A DNA stretch of 64,000 nt from positions 128,001 through 192,000 of the forward strand of contig CBDCDA010000002.1 in NCBI GenBank assembly GCA_965215335.1. Reading direction: 5' to 3'. The notes under the pieces are model-generated. The model was given only the letters and a program-made list of their open reading frames with translations, was not told the DNA's origin and did not search any database. Below are positions 52,145 to 61,457 of this stretch, one piece after another; within the stretch, counting starts at the first letter, position 1; the number at the start of each line of letters is the position of its first letter. The DNA is from an uncultured Candidatus Entotheonella sp. GTDB taxonomy: Bacteria > Tectomicrobia > Entotheonellia > Entotheonellales > Entotheonellaceae. The translations under genes were made by a program, and so were the position numbers.

Positions 52145-52540
52145 ATGCCTGTGTATAATTGTATTTCCCCCGCTGGTGCCGTGCCTGTGGACGTGCGCCC
52201 CAAAATCGCCGAGGCTTTTACGGATATCCATTGCGACAGTACCAACGCGCCGCGCAGCTTCGTGCACGTCTTCTTCAAAGAGACCCCCGAGGGTGCCGAT
52301 TCCGGTCATGACACGCCGTACTACATCGACGCCGGCAACCGCGCCGGGCGTCCGGCAGAGGTGGTGCTGAAGCTGAAGAACGACCTGCGTCAGGCTTACG
52401 CCGAACACGCCGGCGTTACGATCGACCAGGTTGGTGCTCGCATCGTCGAGGGCCCGGCACGCTGGTCGATGGAGGGCGGTCACATCCTGCCCGAACCGGG
52501 TCAGGAAGGCGCCGAGTGGTACGCCCACGCGGCCGACTAA
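52145..52540 (+). CDS. Tautomerase, cis-CaaD/Cg10062-like
   Basis: Pro-1, His-28 (TDIH), NRAGR, MEGGHILPEPGQE. Confidence 0.8.
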   Translation: MPVYNCISPAGAVPVDVRPKIAEAFTDIHCDSTNAPRSFVHVFFKETPEGADSGHDTPYYIDAGNRAGRPAEVVLKLKNDLRQAYAEHAGVTIDQVGARIVEGPARWSMEGGHILPEPGQEGAEWYAHAAD

Positions 52541-52601
52541 CCGACCCGCAGGTCTGAACTGCGAACGGCGCGTCGGGTAACTGCCCGAATACGTTTTCAA
52601 A

Positions 52602-52643
52602 ACGCCGCATGGGAGGTCAGACAGGAGACCTTTCGTGCGGCGT
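52602..52643 (+). terminator. 17-bp stem-loop between tautomerase and trxA
   Basis: ACGCCGCATGGGAGGTC-agacagga-GACCTTTCGTGCGGCGT, with 3 G-U pairs. Confidence 0.45.
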
Positions 52644-52678
52644 ATTTGCAGGTGAAAATCAATAGGAGGAATACCTTG

Positions 52679-53011
52679 ATGGGAGCACCGTTTACGGTTA
52701 CCGCCGGGAATTTTGATAGCGAAGTATTGCAGTCCGATGCGCCGGTCCTGGTTGATTTCTGGGCTCCGTGGTGCGGTCCTTGCCGCGTTGTCGCGCCGGC
52801 GGTGGAAGAACTGGCCACCGAGTACGATGGCAAATTGAAGGTGGGCAAGCTCAACGTCGACGATCATCCCGCGATCGCGCAGAACTACGGCATCACCGGG
52901 ATTCCGGCGCTGCTTTTCTTCAAGGACGGCAAACGGGTCGATACCGTGGTGGGCGCGGTTTCCAAGGACGTCCTGCAGGAGCACGTCAACGGGATTGTCA
53001 GGGACGCCTGA
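52679..53011 (+). CDS. trxA: Thioredoxin
   Basis: VDFWAPWCGPC, GIPALLFFKDG; AGGAGG SD. Confidence 0.96.
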   Translation: MGAPFTVTAGNFDSEVLQSDAPVLVDFWAPWCGPCRVVAPAVEELATEYDGKLKVGKLNVDDHPAIAQNYGITGIPALLFFKDGKRVDTVVGAVSKDVLQEHVNGIVRDA

Positions 53012-53044
53012 CACAGATTCGGATCAGCATGGCCTGTCTCTTCC

Positions 53045-54283
53045 TCACAGCGTCAGCAGCAGCCGTGCGGGGTCGGCAAGATAAGCCATGACTGCGTTGA
53101 GAAACCGTTGCGCCGCGGCGCCGTCGAGAACCCGGTGGTCGAACGTCAGGGACAGTGGCAGGACGGTGCGCAAGGCAGCGGCTCCCTTGTGGGCGACCGG
53201 TTTCTGCATGAACCTTCCGACGCCCAGAATGGCGACTTGCGGCAGATGCAACATCGGGGTGGCGAAGATGCCGCCCACGGCGCCGTAATTGCTGATGGTG
53301 AAGGTGCCGCCGCGCAGGTCGGCCAGCGAGATGCGGCGTGCGCTGGCCAGACCGACGAGGTGTTGCAACTCCGTCGCCAGGGTCAGAAGGGATTTGCGGT
53401 CAACGTTCTTCACCACGGGAACGATCAGGCCCTCGGGCGTGTCGGTGGCGATGCCGAGGTGGTAGTAGCGCTTGACGATCAGGTGCTGCTGGTCCTCGGC
53501 GAGTGAGGCATTGAGCATCGGGTGCTGCTGCAGGGCGGCCACTACCGCCTTCATGATGAACGGCAGCAGGGTCAGGTGGACGTCCGCAGCGGCGTTGCTG
53601 CGCGCGCGCCAATCCAGCAACTCACTGATATCGACTTCGTCGATTGTGGTAATGGGCACGGCGATCGTGGCCGCCTCGACCATTGCCTTGGCGATGGTAC
53701 GCCGCAAGGCGGTTTGCGGCTGAAGCTCGATGGGCCCGTGCAGGTCCCGTTGCGCGTCCGCGGGCCGGGCGGGCTCGGCATGTTGCGGGGCCGCTCGCAG
53801 CACGTCCTCTCGGCGGATGCGCCCGCGCGGGCCGGAAGGGGCGACGCGGCTCAGGTCGACGCCGAGGTCGCGGGCCAGCTTGCGAACCGAGGGAATGGCG
53901 AGAATCCGCCGGGCGGCGATCGTGCCGTTTTCCGAATCGGCGGTTACCGGATCGGGTGGCAGTTCCAGGATTTTGGCATCCAGCCGTCCCACGACCGAGA
54001 CCGCTTCCGGTTCTGGCTGCCGCACGAGGCTGGCCTCGTCCCCATCCGGCGCGCCAATCACCGCCAGAATTTCTCCGACCCGAATCGTTTCTCCCGTCGC
54101 TACCGGCAGGCGCAGGATGATGCCGGCGCGTGGCGCCGGGATCTCCACCACGGCCTTGTCGGTTTCCACCTCGACCAAGGGCTGATCGGCCCGCACCCGG
54201 TCGCCCTGGGCGACAAGCCAGCGTACGATCTCACCCTGAGCAATACCTTCTCCCACGTCCGGGAAGCGAAATTCCAGGGCCAT
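53045..54283 (-). CDS. pdhC: 2-oxoacid dehydrogenase E2 (dihydrolipoamide acyltransferase), one lipoyl domain
   Basis: VETDKA lipoyl Lys, PSVRKLARDLGVDL binding domain, FDHRVLDG. Confidence 0.88.
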   Translation of the reverse strand: MALEFRFPDVGEGIAQGEIVRWLVAQGDRVRADQPLVEVETDKAVVEIPAPRAGIILRLPVATGETIRVGEILAVIGAPDGDEASLVRQPEPEAVSVVGRLDAKILELPPDPVTADSENGTIAARRILAIPSVRKLARDLGVDLSRVAPSGPRGRIRREDVLRAAPQHAEPARPADAQRDLHGPIELQPQTALRRTIAKAMVEAATIAVPITTIDEVDISELLDWRARSNAAADVHLTLLPFIMKAVVAALQQHPMLNASLAEDQQHLIVKRYYHLGIATDTPEGLIVPVVKNVDRKSLLTLATELQHLVGLASARRISLADLRGGTFTISNYGAVGGIFATPMLHLPQVAILGVGRFMQKPVAHKGAAALRTVLPLSLTFDHRVLDGAAAQRFLNAVMAYLADPARLLLTL

Positions 54284-54344
54284 GCCTAACCTCTGGGGTA
54301 CGGTCATGTTGAACGAGGGTCGTCTGCATCCGACGACGCGCCTT

Positions 54345-55322
54345 TCAGAAGGCCAGCACGCGATGCACGGCGGCCTCGATCCTCTCAGGGGTTGGTAGAT
54401 AGTACTTCTCGAGCTGCGGCAGGGGAAATACGGTGTCAAAACCGCTGACGCGCTCGACCGGAGCCTCCAGGGACAACAGGGCTTTCTCGTTGATCTGCGC
54501 CACGATCTCGGCGCCCAGGCCGGCCGTGCGCGCGGCTTCGTGCACGACTACTGCACGGCCCGTCCTGGCGACGGACGCAACGATGGCCGGCACGTCCATG
54601 GGGGACAGGGTGCGCAAATCGAGAATCTCCAGGCTGATGCCGCTGGCGTCCAGCGATTCGGCAGCCTGCAGCACGGTGTGCATCATCGAGCCCCAGGCGA
54701 TCACCGTCACGTCGGTGCCCTCCTGCACGAGGCGCGCCGCGCCGATGGGCACGGTGTAGGATTCCTCGGGGATCTCCTGGCGTATGGCGCGATAGATGCG
54801 TTTTGGCTCCAGGAAAATGACCGGGTCCGGGCTGCGGATGGCGCTGATCAGCAACCCTTTGGCGTCGTAGGGCGTGGCGGGAACCACGACCTGCAGGCCG
54901 GGGGTGTGCACCAGCATGGCCTCGGTGCTCTCCGAGTGATGCTCGGGCGGGTGGATGCCGCCGCCGTATGGCACCCGCACCACCAGGGGGCAAGTGAAGC
55001 GACCGCGCGACCGATTGCGCATGCGGGCCACGTGGTTGATGAGTTGATCAAAGGCCGGGTAGAGGAACCCCATGAACTGGATTTCGGGCACCGGCCGCAA
55101 CCCTGCGATGGCCATGCCTACCGCCATGCCGACAATGCCGGATTCGGCAATCGGCGCGTCCATGACGCGCGCCCGTCCGTAGCATGCCTGCAGACCCTCG
55201 GTGACGCGAAAGACGCCGCCCTCCCTGCCGATGTCCTCACCAAGCAGAACCACGCACTCGTCGGCCGCCAGCTCCAGGCGCAGCGCATCGCGGATGGCTT
55301 CGAGAAGGGTGCATGTCGCCAT
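54345..55322 (-). CDS. pdhB: 2-oxoacid dehydrogenase E1 beta subunit
   Basis: GEDIGREGGVFRVT, EIQFMGF, EHHSES, DLRTLSP. Confidence 0.9.
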   Translation of the reverse strand: MATCTLLEAIRDALRLELAADECVVLLGEDIGREGGVFRVTEGLQACYGRARVMDAPIAESGIVGMAVGMAIAGLRPVPEIQFMGFLYPAFDQLINHVARMRNRSRGRFTCPLVVRVPYGGGIHPPEHHSESTEAMLVHTPGLQVVVPATPYDAKGLLISAIRSPDPVIFLEPKRIYRAIRQEIPEESYTVPIGAARLVQEGTDVTVIAWGSMMHTVLQAAESLDASGISLEILDLRTLSPMDVPAIVASVARTGRAVVVHEAARTAGLGAEIVAQINEKALLSLEAPVERVSGFDTVFPLPQLEKYYLPTPERIEAAVHRVLAF

Positions 55323-55327
55323 GAGGG

Positions 55328-56413
55328 TCAGCCTTTCTGCTGCACCTGGAGCGCGGCGAGCAGCCCTGCCTCTTGTTCGCGCAGCGCCGCCGACGGCTCG
55401 GCGAACATGTAGCGGAACATATCCTGCGGGGGCGGTTGCGGCACCGCCTCGGCCTCGTTCATGGCCTGTTCCACCTTTCCGGTGCAGGCTTCCAGCAGTT
55501 CGTGTTCCCAGGCTTCCGACCAGGCGCCGCGGGCGTGCAGATACGTTTGCAGCCGCAGCAGGGGATCGCGCGACCGCCAAGTCTCGACCTCGGTATCGTC
55601 GCGGTATTTGGTGGGATCGTCCGCCGTGGTGTGGGCGCCGAGGCGGTAGGTATACGCCTCGATCAGGCTCGGCCCGTCGCCGCGCCGCGCCCGCTCGACG
55701 GCCTCTTGCATGACGGCGTACACGGCCATGACGTCGTTGCCGTCCACTCGCACGCCGGGAAAGCCGTAGGCCAGGGCCTTCTGGGCAATGGTTGACGAGG
55801 CGGTCTGCTCGCGTACCGGTACCGAAATGGCGTACTGGTTGTTCTGGCAAAAAAAGACGCAGGGGACTTCGTAAACCCCGGCCATGTTCATCGCCTCGTG
55901 CACGTCGCCTTCGGAGGTGGCGCCGTCGCCGAAATACGCCACCGCCACGCTGCCGTCCTGCCGATACTTGCCCGCGTACGCCAAGCCGACGGCGTGCAAG
56001 GGATGCGACCCCACCGGTATGGAGACGGGCAACACATTCACCCCTTCGGGCATGTGACTGCCGAACTCGTTGCCCATCCAGTAGAGCGACAGCAGCTTCA
56101 GCGGCACGCCGTGCATCCACATGGCGCCGGTTTCGCGGTAGGAGCTGACGATCCAGTCGCGTGGCTCCAACGGGTACGTGCTGGCCACCATGCAGGCTTC
56201 CTGGCCTTCCATCTGCGCGTAGGTGCCGAAACGCCCTTGTCGCTGCATGGAGACGGCTTTGCGGTCGTACAGACGTATGGTCAGCATCTGGCGATACATC
56301 CTTCGTAGCTGCTCGTCATCCAGGTCGGGACACAGGGTTTCGTCGCAGCATCCGTCCGGTGTCAGGATACTGACCATTTCTTTTTGGAGCGGGTCGTAGC
56401 GATCCGCGAACAT
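55328..56413 (-). CDS. pdhA: 2-oxoacid (pyruvate-type) dehydrogenase E1 alpha subunit
   Basis: GDGATSEGD...QNNQYAIS TPP motif, YRLGAHTTADDP. Confidence 0.9.
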   Translation of the reverse strand: MFADRYDPLQKEMVSILTPDGCCDETLCPDLDDEQLRRMYRQMLTIRLYDRKAVSMQRQGRFGTYAQMEGQEACMVASTYPLEPRDWIVSSYRETGAMWMHGVPLKLLSLYWMGNEFGSHMPEGVNVLPVSIPVGSHPLHAVGLAYAGKYRQDGSVAVAYFGDGATSEGDVHEAMNMAGVYEVPCVFFCQNNQYAISVPVREQTASSTIAQKALAYGFPGVRVDGNDVMAVYAVMQEAVERARRGDGPSLIEAYTYRLGAHTTADDPTKYRDDTEVETWRSRDPLLRLQTYLHARGAWSEAWEHELLEACTGKVEQAMNEAEAVPQPPPQDMFRYMFAEPSAALREQEAGLLAALQVQQKG

Positions 56414-56474
56414 GGAGGATCCTCAAGGGCGGTCGAACGTGTGGAAGCTGACAGATTATCACGAGCGGGTCGCT

Positions 56475-56503
56475 ATTCTAGGGAAAAGTACCGGCAGCAT
56501 CAA
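56475..56503 (-). promoter_or_regulatory. Putative sigma70 promoter for pdhABC
   Basis: Minus strand TTGATG-N17-TAGAAT. Confidence 0.5.
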
Positions 56504-56541
56504 GTATGCGCGCAGGGTGCCGCAGCCGCCCCGTCGCCTGC

Positions 56542-56570
56542 TTGCGCGCCTCGACTTGCGTGGCTATGCT
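56542..56570 (+). promoter_or_regulatory. Putative sigma70 promoter for tartrate dehydrogenase
   Basis: TTGCGC-N17-TATGCT. Confidence 0.35.
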
Positions 56571-56645
56571 TCCGCCACTGAGACGCGGCGCCAGTGGGGT
56601 CCTGCGCGGTGTTGACAGGTGATGAAAAGACGACAAGGAGAAATC

Positions 56646-57737
56646 ATGGCCGCTCACAAAATTGCGGTGATCCCTGGCGACGGCATCGGTCAGGAGGTCA
56701 TGCCGGAAGGGCTCAAAGTGCTCCGTGTGATACAGGAAGTGACGCCGGGCTTGGAGCTTGCCTTCGAGACCTTTCCCTGGGGCTGCGACTATTACCGCGA
56801 GCACGGCTGCATGATGCCCCACGACGCCCTCAAGACCCTGGGGGCCTTTGACGCGATTTACTTTGGCGCCGTCGGTGACCCCGACCGCATCCCGGATCAT
56901 ATTTCGCTGAGTACGCTGATCCTGCCTATCCGCAAGAACTTTCAGCAGTTCGCCTGCATTCGTCCCATCAAGCTGCTGCCCGGTGTGGCCGGCCCGCTGG
57001 CCGGCAAGACACCCGCCGACATCGACTTCGTCATGGTGCGCGAGAACACCGAGGGCGAGTACTCGGACGCCGGTGGCCGCCTGCACCCCGGTACGCCGCA
57101 GGAGGTTGCCATTCAAACGTCAGTGTTTACCCGCACCGGCTGCGAACGGGTCATGCGGTTTGCCTTTGAGCTGGCGCGCAAGCGCAACAAGGCGCGGCAC
57201 GTGACGTCGGTCACCAAGTCCAACGCGCAGCGGCACAGTATGGTGTTCTGGGACGACATCTTCAAAGAGGTCGCGGCGGATTATCCCGACATCGAAACCA
57301 GCAGCAATTTGGTGGACGCGGCCGCCATGAACTTCATCCGGCGCCCGGAAGCCTTTGACGTGGTGGTTGCCTCCAACCTCTTTGCCGACATTCTCACGGA
57401 CCTCGGCGCGGTGATCATGGGCGGCATGGGTTACGCGCCGAGCGCCAATCTGAATCCCGACAGCAGCTACCCGTCGATGTTCGAATCAGTGCACGGCTCG
57501 GCACCGGACATCGCCGGCAAGGGCATCGCCAATCCCTTGGCAACGATCTGGGCGGGGCAGTTGATGCTGGATTTTCTGGGGCAAGGCGACGCTGCAGCGC
57601 GGCTCTTGGGCGCCCTTGAGACACACGTGCAGGAGGGGAAGGTGCGGACGCCGGATTTGGGTGGTACGAATTGCACCGGCGCCGTCGGCGACAATCTCTG
57701 CGACATCGTGCTCCGTCAATGGATTCGACGCGGCTGA
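56646..57737 (+). CDS. Tartrate dehydrogenase / D-malate dehydrogenase (decarboxylating)
   Basis: IPGDGIGQEV, PDHISL, RENTEGEYS, TKSNAQ, NLFADILTD, HGSAPDIAG. Confidence 0.88.
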   Translation: MAAHKIAVIPGDGIGQEVMPEGLKVLRVIQEVTPGLELAFETFPWGCDYYREHGCMMPHDALKTLGAFDAIYFGAVGDPDRIPDHISLSTLILPIRKNFQQFACIRPIKLLPGVAGPLAGKTPADIDFVMVRENTEGEYSDAGGRLHPGTPQEVAIQTSVFTRTGCERVMRFAFELARKRNKARHVTSVTKSNAQRHSMVFWDDIFKEVAADYPDIETSSNLVDAAAMNFIRRPEAFDVVVASNLFADILTDLGAVIMGGMGYAPSANLNPDSSYPSMFESVHGSAPDIAGKGIANPLATIWAGQLMLDFLGQGDAAARLLGALETHVQEGKVRTPDLGGTNCTGAVGDNLCDIVLRQWIRRG

Positions 57738-57797
57738 AATCGTCGGCTTCAGGGCAATTCCGGCTCAAAATGGCTTGCTCGTTCGTCACCCTCTCTG

Positions 57798-57852
57798 TCA
57801 CTCCCCCCTCGAGGGGGGAGTCGGCGAAACAAGGGCGCAGCCCGTAGGTGAG
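57798..57852 (+). repeat. Palindromic repeat copy 2 (intergenic)
   Basis: Perfect 22-bp palindrome ACTCCCCCCTCGAGGGGGGAGT (57800-57821) plus GGGC-gca-GCCC hairpin. Confidence 0.85.
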
Positions 57853-57864
57853 TGAGGTATCCGC

Positions 57865-59139
57865 GTGGCCCGTGTGTTGCTGCTGTTGCCGGCCCGCACC
57901 TACCGGGCACACGACTTCATGGAGGCGGCCCGCCGCCTGGGGGTGGGGGTGGTGGTGGGTTCGGAGCGCCAGCAAGCCTTTGCGCCGCTGCTTCCCGGCA
58001 GCCACTTGCGGCTGGATTTTCTCAGGCCGCGGCAGGCGCTGCGGGCGATCGCGGCTTTCGCCCGGTCGTACCCGCTGGACGCCGTTGTGGCTGTCGACGA
58101 CGACGGCACGTTACTGGCCGCAGCGGCAGCCAAAGCGTTGGGGTTGCCGCACAATCCGGTGGCGGCGGTCGTGGCGACGCGCAACAAGCACCGCCTGCGT
58201 CGCAAGGTGGCGGTAGCCGGTTTGCTGTCGCCGCGATTCGAACTCCTGTCGATTGAGGACGCCCCGGTTCGGGTGGCGCAGTGCATGTCCTTTCCCTGCG
58301 TGCTGAAGCCGCTCCACCTGGCAGCCAGTCGTGGCGTCATGCGGGTCGATGATGCGGAACAGTTCGTCGTCGCCTTTGAACGGCTTGCGGCGATCTTGCG
58401 CGCTCCGGACGTTATGCAGCGCGGTGGTCGGTTGGCGCGCCACGTGTTGGTGGAGGCGTTCGTTCCGGGTGCGGAGGTGACGCTGGAGGGCCTTCTGGTC
58501 GGCGGCGAATTGACCGTTCTGGCCGTGTTTGACAAGCCCGACCCGCTGGACGGCCCGTTTTTCGAGGAGACGTTGTACGTGACGCCGTCGCGGCTGCCGG
58601 CCGACGTACAGGCGGACATTGCCGCGCAAACGGCCAGGGCGGTAGCAGCCATCGGACTGCGGGAAGGCCCCGTGCACGCTGAATGGCGCGTGAACGGACA
58701 CGGCGCGTGGCTCATCGAAATCGCGGCGCGGTCGATCGGCGGATTATGCTCTCGCGTCCTGCAATTCGAAGCGGGCGTGTCGCTGGAAGAATTGATTCTC
58801 ATGCACGCCAAGGGGGTTGACGTGTCGGCTTATAAACGTGAAAGCGCCGCCGCCGGTGTGATGATGCTGCCTATCCCGCGGCGCGGCATGCTGCGCGCCG
58901 TTGACGGACAGGAAATGGCGAGAGATGTTCCCGGGATTGTGGACCTGACGATCACCATTGCGCTGGGGCAGGAAGTCGTGCCGCTGCCCGAAGGCGCGCA
59001 GTATCTCGGCTTTCTGTTCGCTCGCGGCGGCACGCCGCGAGCGGTCGAAGTGGCGTTGCGCAAGGCGCACCAGTGTTTGTCTTTTATCGTTGAGCCGCAG
59101 AAAATGGCTCAGGACTCCCTCTCCTTGTGTTCGAGCTGA
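57865..59139 (+). CDS. ATP-grasp domain ligase (L-amino-acid-ligase-like)
   Basis: RNKHRLR, FPCVLKP...ASRGV, VEAFVPG.E, HAEWR, IEIAARSIGG. Confidence 0.8.
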   Translation: MARVLLLLPARTYRAHDFMEAARRLGVGVVVGSERQQAFAPLLPGSHLRLDFLRPRQALRAIAAFARSYPLDAVVAVDDDGTLLAAAAAKALGLPHNPVAAVVATRNKHRLRRKVAVAGLLSPRFELLSIEDAPVRVAQCMSFPCVLKPLHLAASRGVMRVDDAEQFVVAFERLAAILRAPDVMQRGGRLARHVLVEAFVPGAEVTLEGLLVGGELTVLAVFDKPDPLDGPFFEETLYVTPSRLPADVQADIAAQTARAVAAIGLREGPVHAEWRVNGHGAWLIEIAARSIGGLCSRVLQFEAGVSLEELILMHAKGVDVSAYKRESAAAGVMMLPIPRRGMLRAVDGQEMARDVPGIVDLTITIALGQEVVPLPEGAQYLGFLFARGGTPRAVEVALRKAHQCLSFIVEPQKMAQDSLSLCSS

Positions 59140-59164
59140 AGGCCAGAAGGGTTGGAAGCACCCC

Positions 59165-60451
59165 TCAGAAGATCGGGTTGTGCACCACGGCGTGTTCCCG
59201 GCCGTGACCGGTGGAAACGATGGATACCTCGCTCTCCATGACCGCGGTCAGCCGGTCGATATAGCGCTTGGCGGCGTCCGGGAAATCCTCATATGACGTC
59301 AAGCCCACGGTCGGCGTCTGCCAGCCGGGCAGTTCCTCGTAGACCGGCTCGGCTTCCCGCAAGACGGTCCAATCGCTTGGCATGTCCGTCAAGACCTCGC
59401 CCCGGTAGCGGTAGGCGGTGCACAGCGACAGGGAGGGCAGGGTGTCGAGGACGTCCAGCTTGGTGAGCGCCAGGCTGGTGACGCCGTTGTGCCACAGGCT
59501 CGACCGCGCGCTTACCGCATCGAACCAGCCACAGCGCCGCACCCGGCCGGTGGTGGCGCCGAATTCCTGTCCGCGCTCCTGCAGAAGTTTCCCGTCGCTG
59601 TTTTGCAGCTCGGTGGGGAAGGGGCCCATGCCGACCCGCGTGGCGTATGCCTTCACGACCCCGATCACGTGCGTCAGGCGTGTCGGAGCAATCCCCGCGC
59701 CGCTGCACAGCCCGCTGCTGTTGGTATTCGACGAGGTAACGTACGGGTAGGTGCCGTGATCGAGGTCGAGCAGCGATCCCTGGGCGCCTTCCAGCAGCAG
59801 ATGCTCGCCGTTGCGAATAGCCTCGCGCACCATCGCGTCGGTGTCCTGCACAAAATCGCGCAACGTGTCGCCGTACCCGACATACGCTTCGCAGACCGTC
59901 TCTGGATCAACGGGCTCTTGATGGAAGAAATCACGCAGCAGGAAATTGCTCTCCGGCAGGTTGGCCTTCAGGCGTTCGCGGAACTGCGCCGGTGACAACA
60001 CGTCCTGCATTCTCACACCGCTGCGCGCCGCTTTGTCGGTGTACGTGGGGCCGATCCCCATGCCGGTGGTGCCGATTTTGTGGCCGCCGCGCCGCGCCTC
60101 GCGTCCGGCGTCCAGCAGGCGGTGGTAGGGCAGCGTGACGTGCGCCTTGGGACTGATGAACAGGCGCCCGTGCAGGTCGATGCCACGCACCTTCAGTTGC
60201 TGCATCTCTTCCACCAGCGACTCGGGATCAATGACCACACCGGCGCCGATGATGCAGCGAACGCCGGGATGCAACACTCCGGAGGGGATCTGGTGGAAGA
60301 CGTATTTCTCGTCACCGACCACGATAGTGTGCCCGGCGTTGGCGCCGCCCTGACAACGGATGACCCACTGAACCTGCGGGGTTAGCAAATCGACGATCTT
60401 GCCTTTCCCTTCGTCGCCCCACTGGACGCCTACAATCGCCACAACTGCCAT
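59165..60451 (-). CDS. purA: Adenylosuccinate synthetase
   Basis: QWGDEGKGK, GGANAGHT, EGAQG, GATTGR.RRCGW, TKLDVL. Confidence 0.98.
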   Translation of the reverse strand: MAVVAIVGVQWGDEGKGKIVDLLTPQVQWVIRCQGGANAGHTIVVGDEKYVFHQIPSGVLHPGVRCIIGAGVVIDPESLVEEMQQLKVRGIDLHGRLFISPKAHVTLPYHRLLDAGREARRGGHKIGTTGMGIGPTYTDKAARSGVRMQDVLSPAQFRERLKANLPESNFLLRDFFHQEPVDPETVCEAYVGYGDTLRDFVQDTDAMVREAIRNGEHLLLEGAQGSLLDLDHGTYPYVTSSNTNSSGLCSGAGIAPTRLTHVIGVVKAYATRVGMGPFPTELQNSDGKLLQERGQEFGATTGRVRRCGWFDAVSARSSLWHNGVTSLALTKLDVLDTLPSLSLCTAYRYRGEVLTDMPSDWTVLREAEPVYEELPGWQTPTVGLTSYEDFPDAAKRYIDRLTAVMESEVSIVSTGHGREHAVVHNPIF

Positions 60452-60479
60452 GTATTGTTCTCCGTCTTTCGCTGCAAAG

Positions 60480-61442
60480 TCAGCCGTCGCCCAGCCCCGG
60501 CACGCCGCCGACGCCGCGCGCCGCCTGCACCGCGGCGCTCAGGGATTCGGCCACCAAGTCGGCTGCGACGATCCCCAGTTGAATGGGATCGGCGGTCTGC
60601 GTGCCTGTCGATACGGCAAACATGGCGTCGCCGTCGTACAGCGTATGGGCGGGCGACAGCCCCTTGACGAAGCCATGCTGTGCCAGCTGGGCCAGTTTGC
60701 GGGCTTGCGGTTTGTCCAGCCTGGCGTTGGTCGCCACGACGCCAAGCGTCGTGTTGGTCCCGGCGGCATCCAGACGGGGCGTGGCGCCTCGCCGCAACTG
60801 CTCGGCGGTGTCCGCCAATGCCGTGCTGTCAGGTGTCTCGCGGGTGCCCGCCAGCAGCGCGCCGGTGGCCGGCCCCCGGACGTCACCGAGCGCGTTGCAG
60901 ACGACCAGGGCGCCGATCCACACGTCGCTGCCCAATTGCGCGCTTGCCGTGCCCACGCCGCCCTTCATGGCCTGGGGCATGCCGCACAGTTTGCCGACCG
61001 TGGCGCCCATGCCGGCACCGGCGTTGCCCTGATCAACCGGTCCGGCAGTGGCGGCTTGGCAGGCGGCATATCCCATGGCAGCATCGGGGCGTATGCCAGC
61101 CGATCCGATGCCCAGGTCGTAGATGATCGCGGCCGGTACAATCGGCACGCGGGCGGCGGGTGTCGGAAACCCGATGCCCTGTTCTTCCAGCGACCGCATG
61201 ACGCCGCCCGCCGCGTCCAGGCCGAACGCGCTGCCGCCCGCCAGCGTGATGGCGTGAATTGTCGGCGTCAGGTGCATGGCGTCCAGGACCACCAACTCCC
61301 GCGTGCCACTTGCGGAGCCGCGCACATCGACCCCACCCACGGCGCCGTCCGGGAAGACCACAACGGTGCAGCCGGTCAACGCTTCAGCGTCCTGCGCCTG
61401 GCCGACCAGCACGCCCGGCACGTCGGTTATCCCTTGCCCCAT
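60480..61442 (-). CDS. P1/S58 family peptidase (DmpA-like)
   Basis: ITDVPGVLVG, GTRE, LAGGSAFGL, GAGMGA, NTTLGVVATNA, PAHTLYDGD; start 61442 or 61454. Confidence 0.88.
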   Translation of the reverse strand: MGQGITDVPGVLVGQAQDAEALTGCTVVVFPDGAVGGVDVRGSASGTRELVVLDAMHLTPTIHAITLAGGSAFGLDAAGGVMRSLEEQGIGFPTPAARVPIVPAAIIYDLGIGSAGIRPDAAMGYAACQAATAGPVDQGNAGAGMGATVGKLCGMPQAMKGGVGTASAQLGSDVWIGALVVCNALGDVRGPATGALLAGTRETPDSTALADTAEQLRRGATPRLDAAGTNTTLGVVATNARLDKPQARKLAQLAQHGFVKGLSPAHTLYDGDAMFAVSTGTQTADPIQLGIVAADLVAESLSAAVQAARGVGGVPGLGDG

Positions 61443-61457
61443 GACGTTCCGCAATCC

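Noticed and set aside
54345..56120. 591-aa E1 beta or apparent alpha-beta fusion
   Set aside because: The extension is an alternative frame over E1 alpha; the alpha stop is at 55328 and beta starts at 55322.
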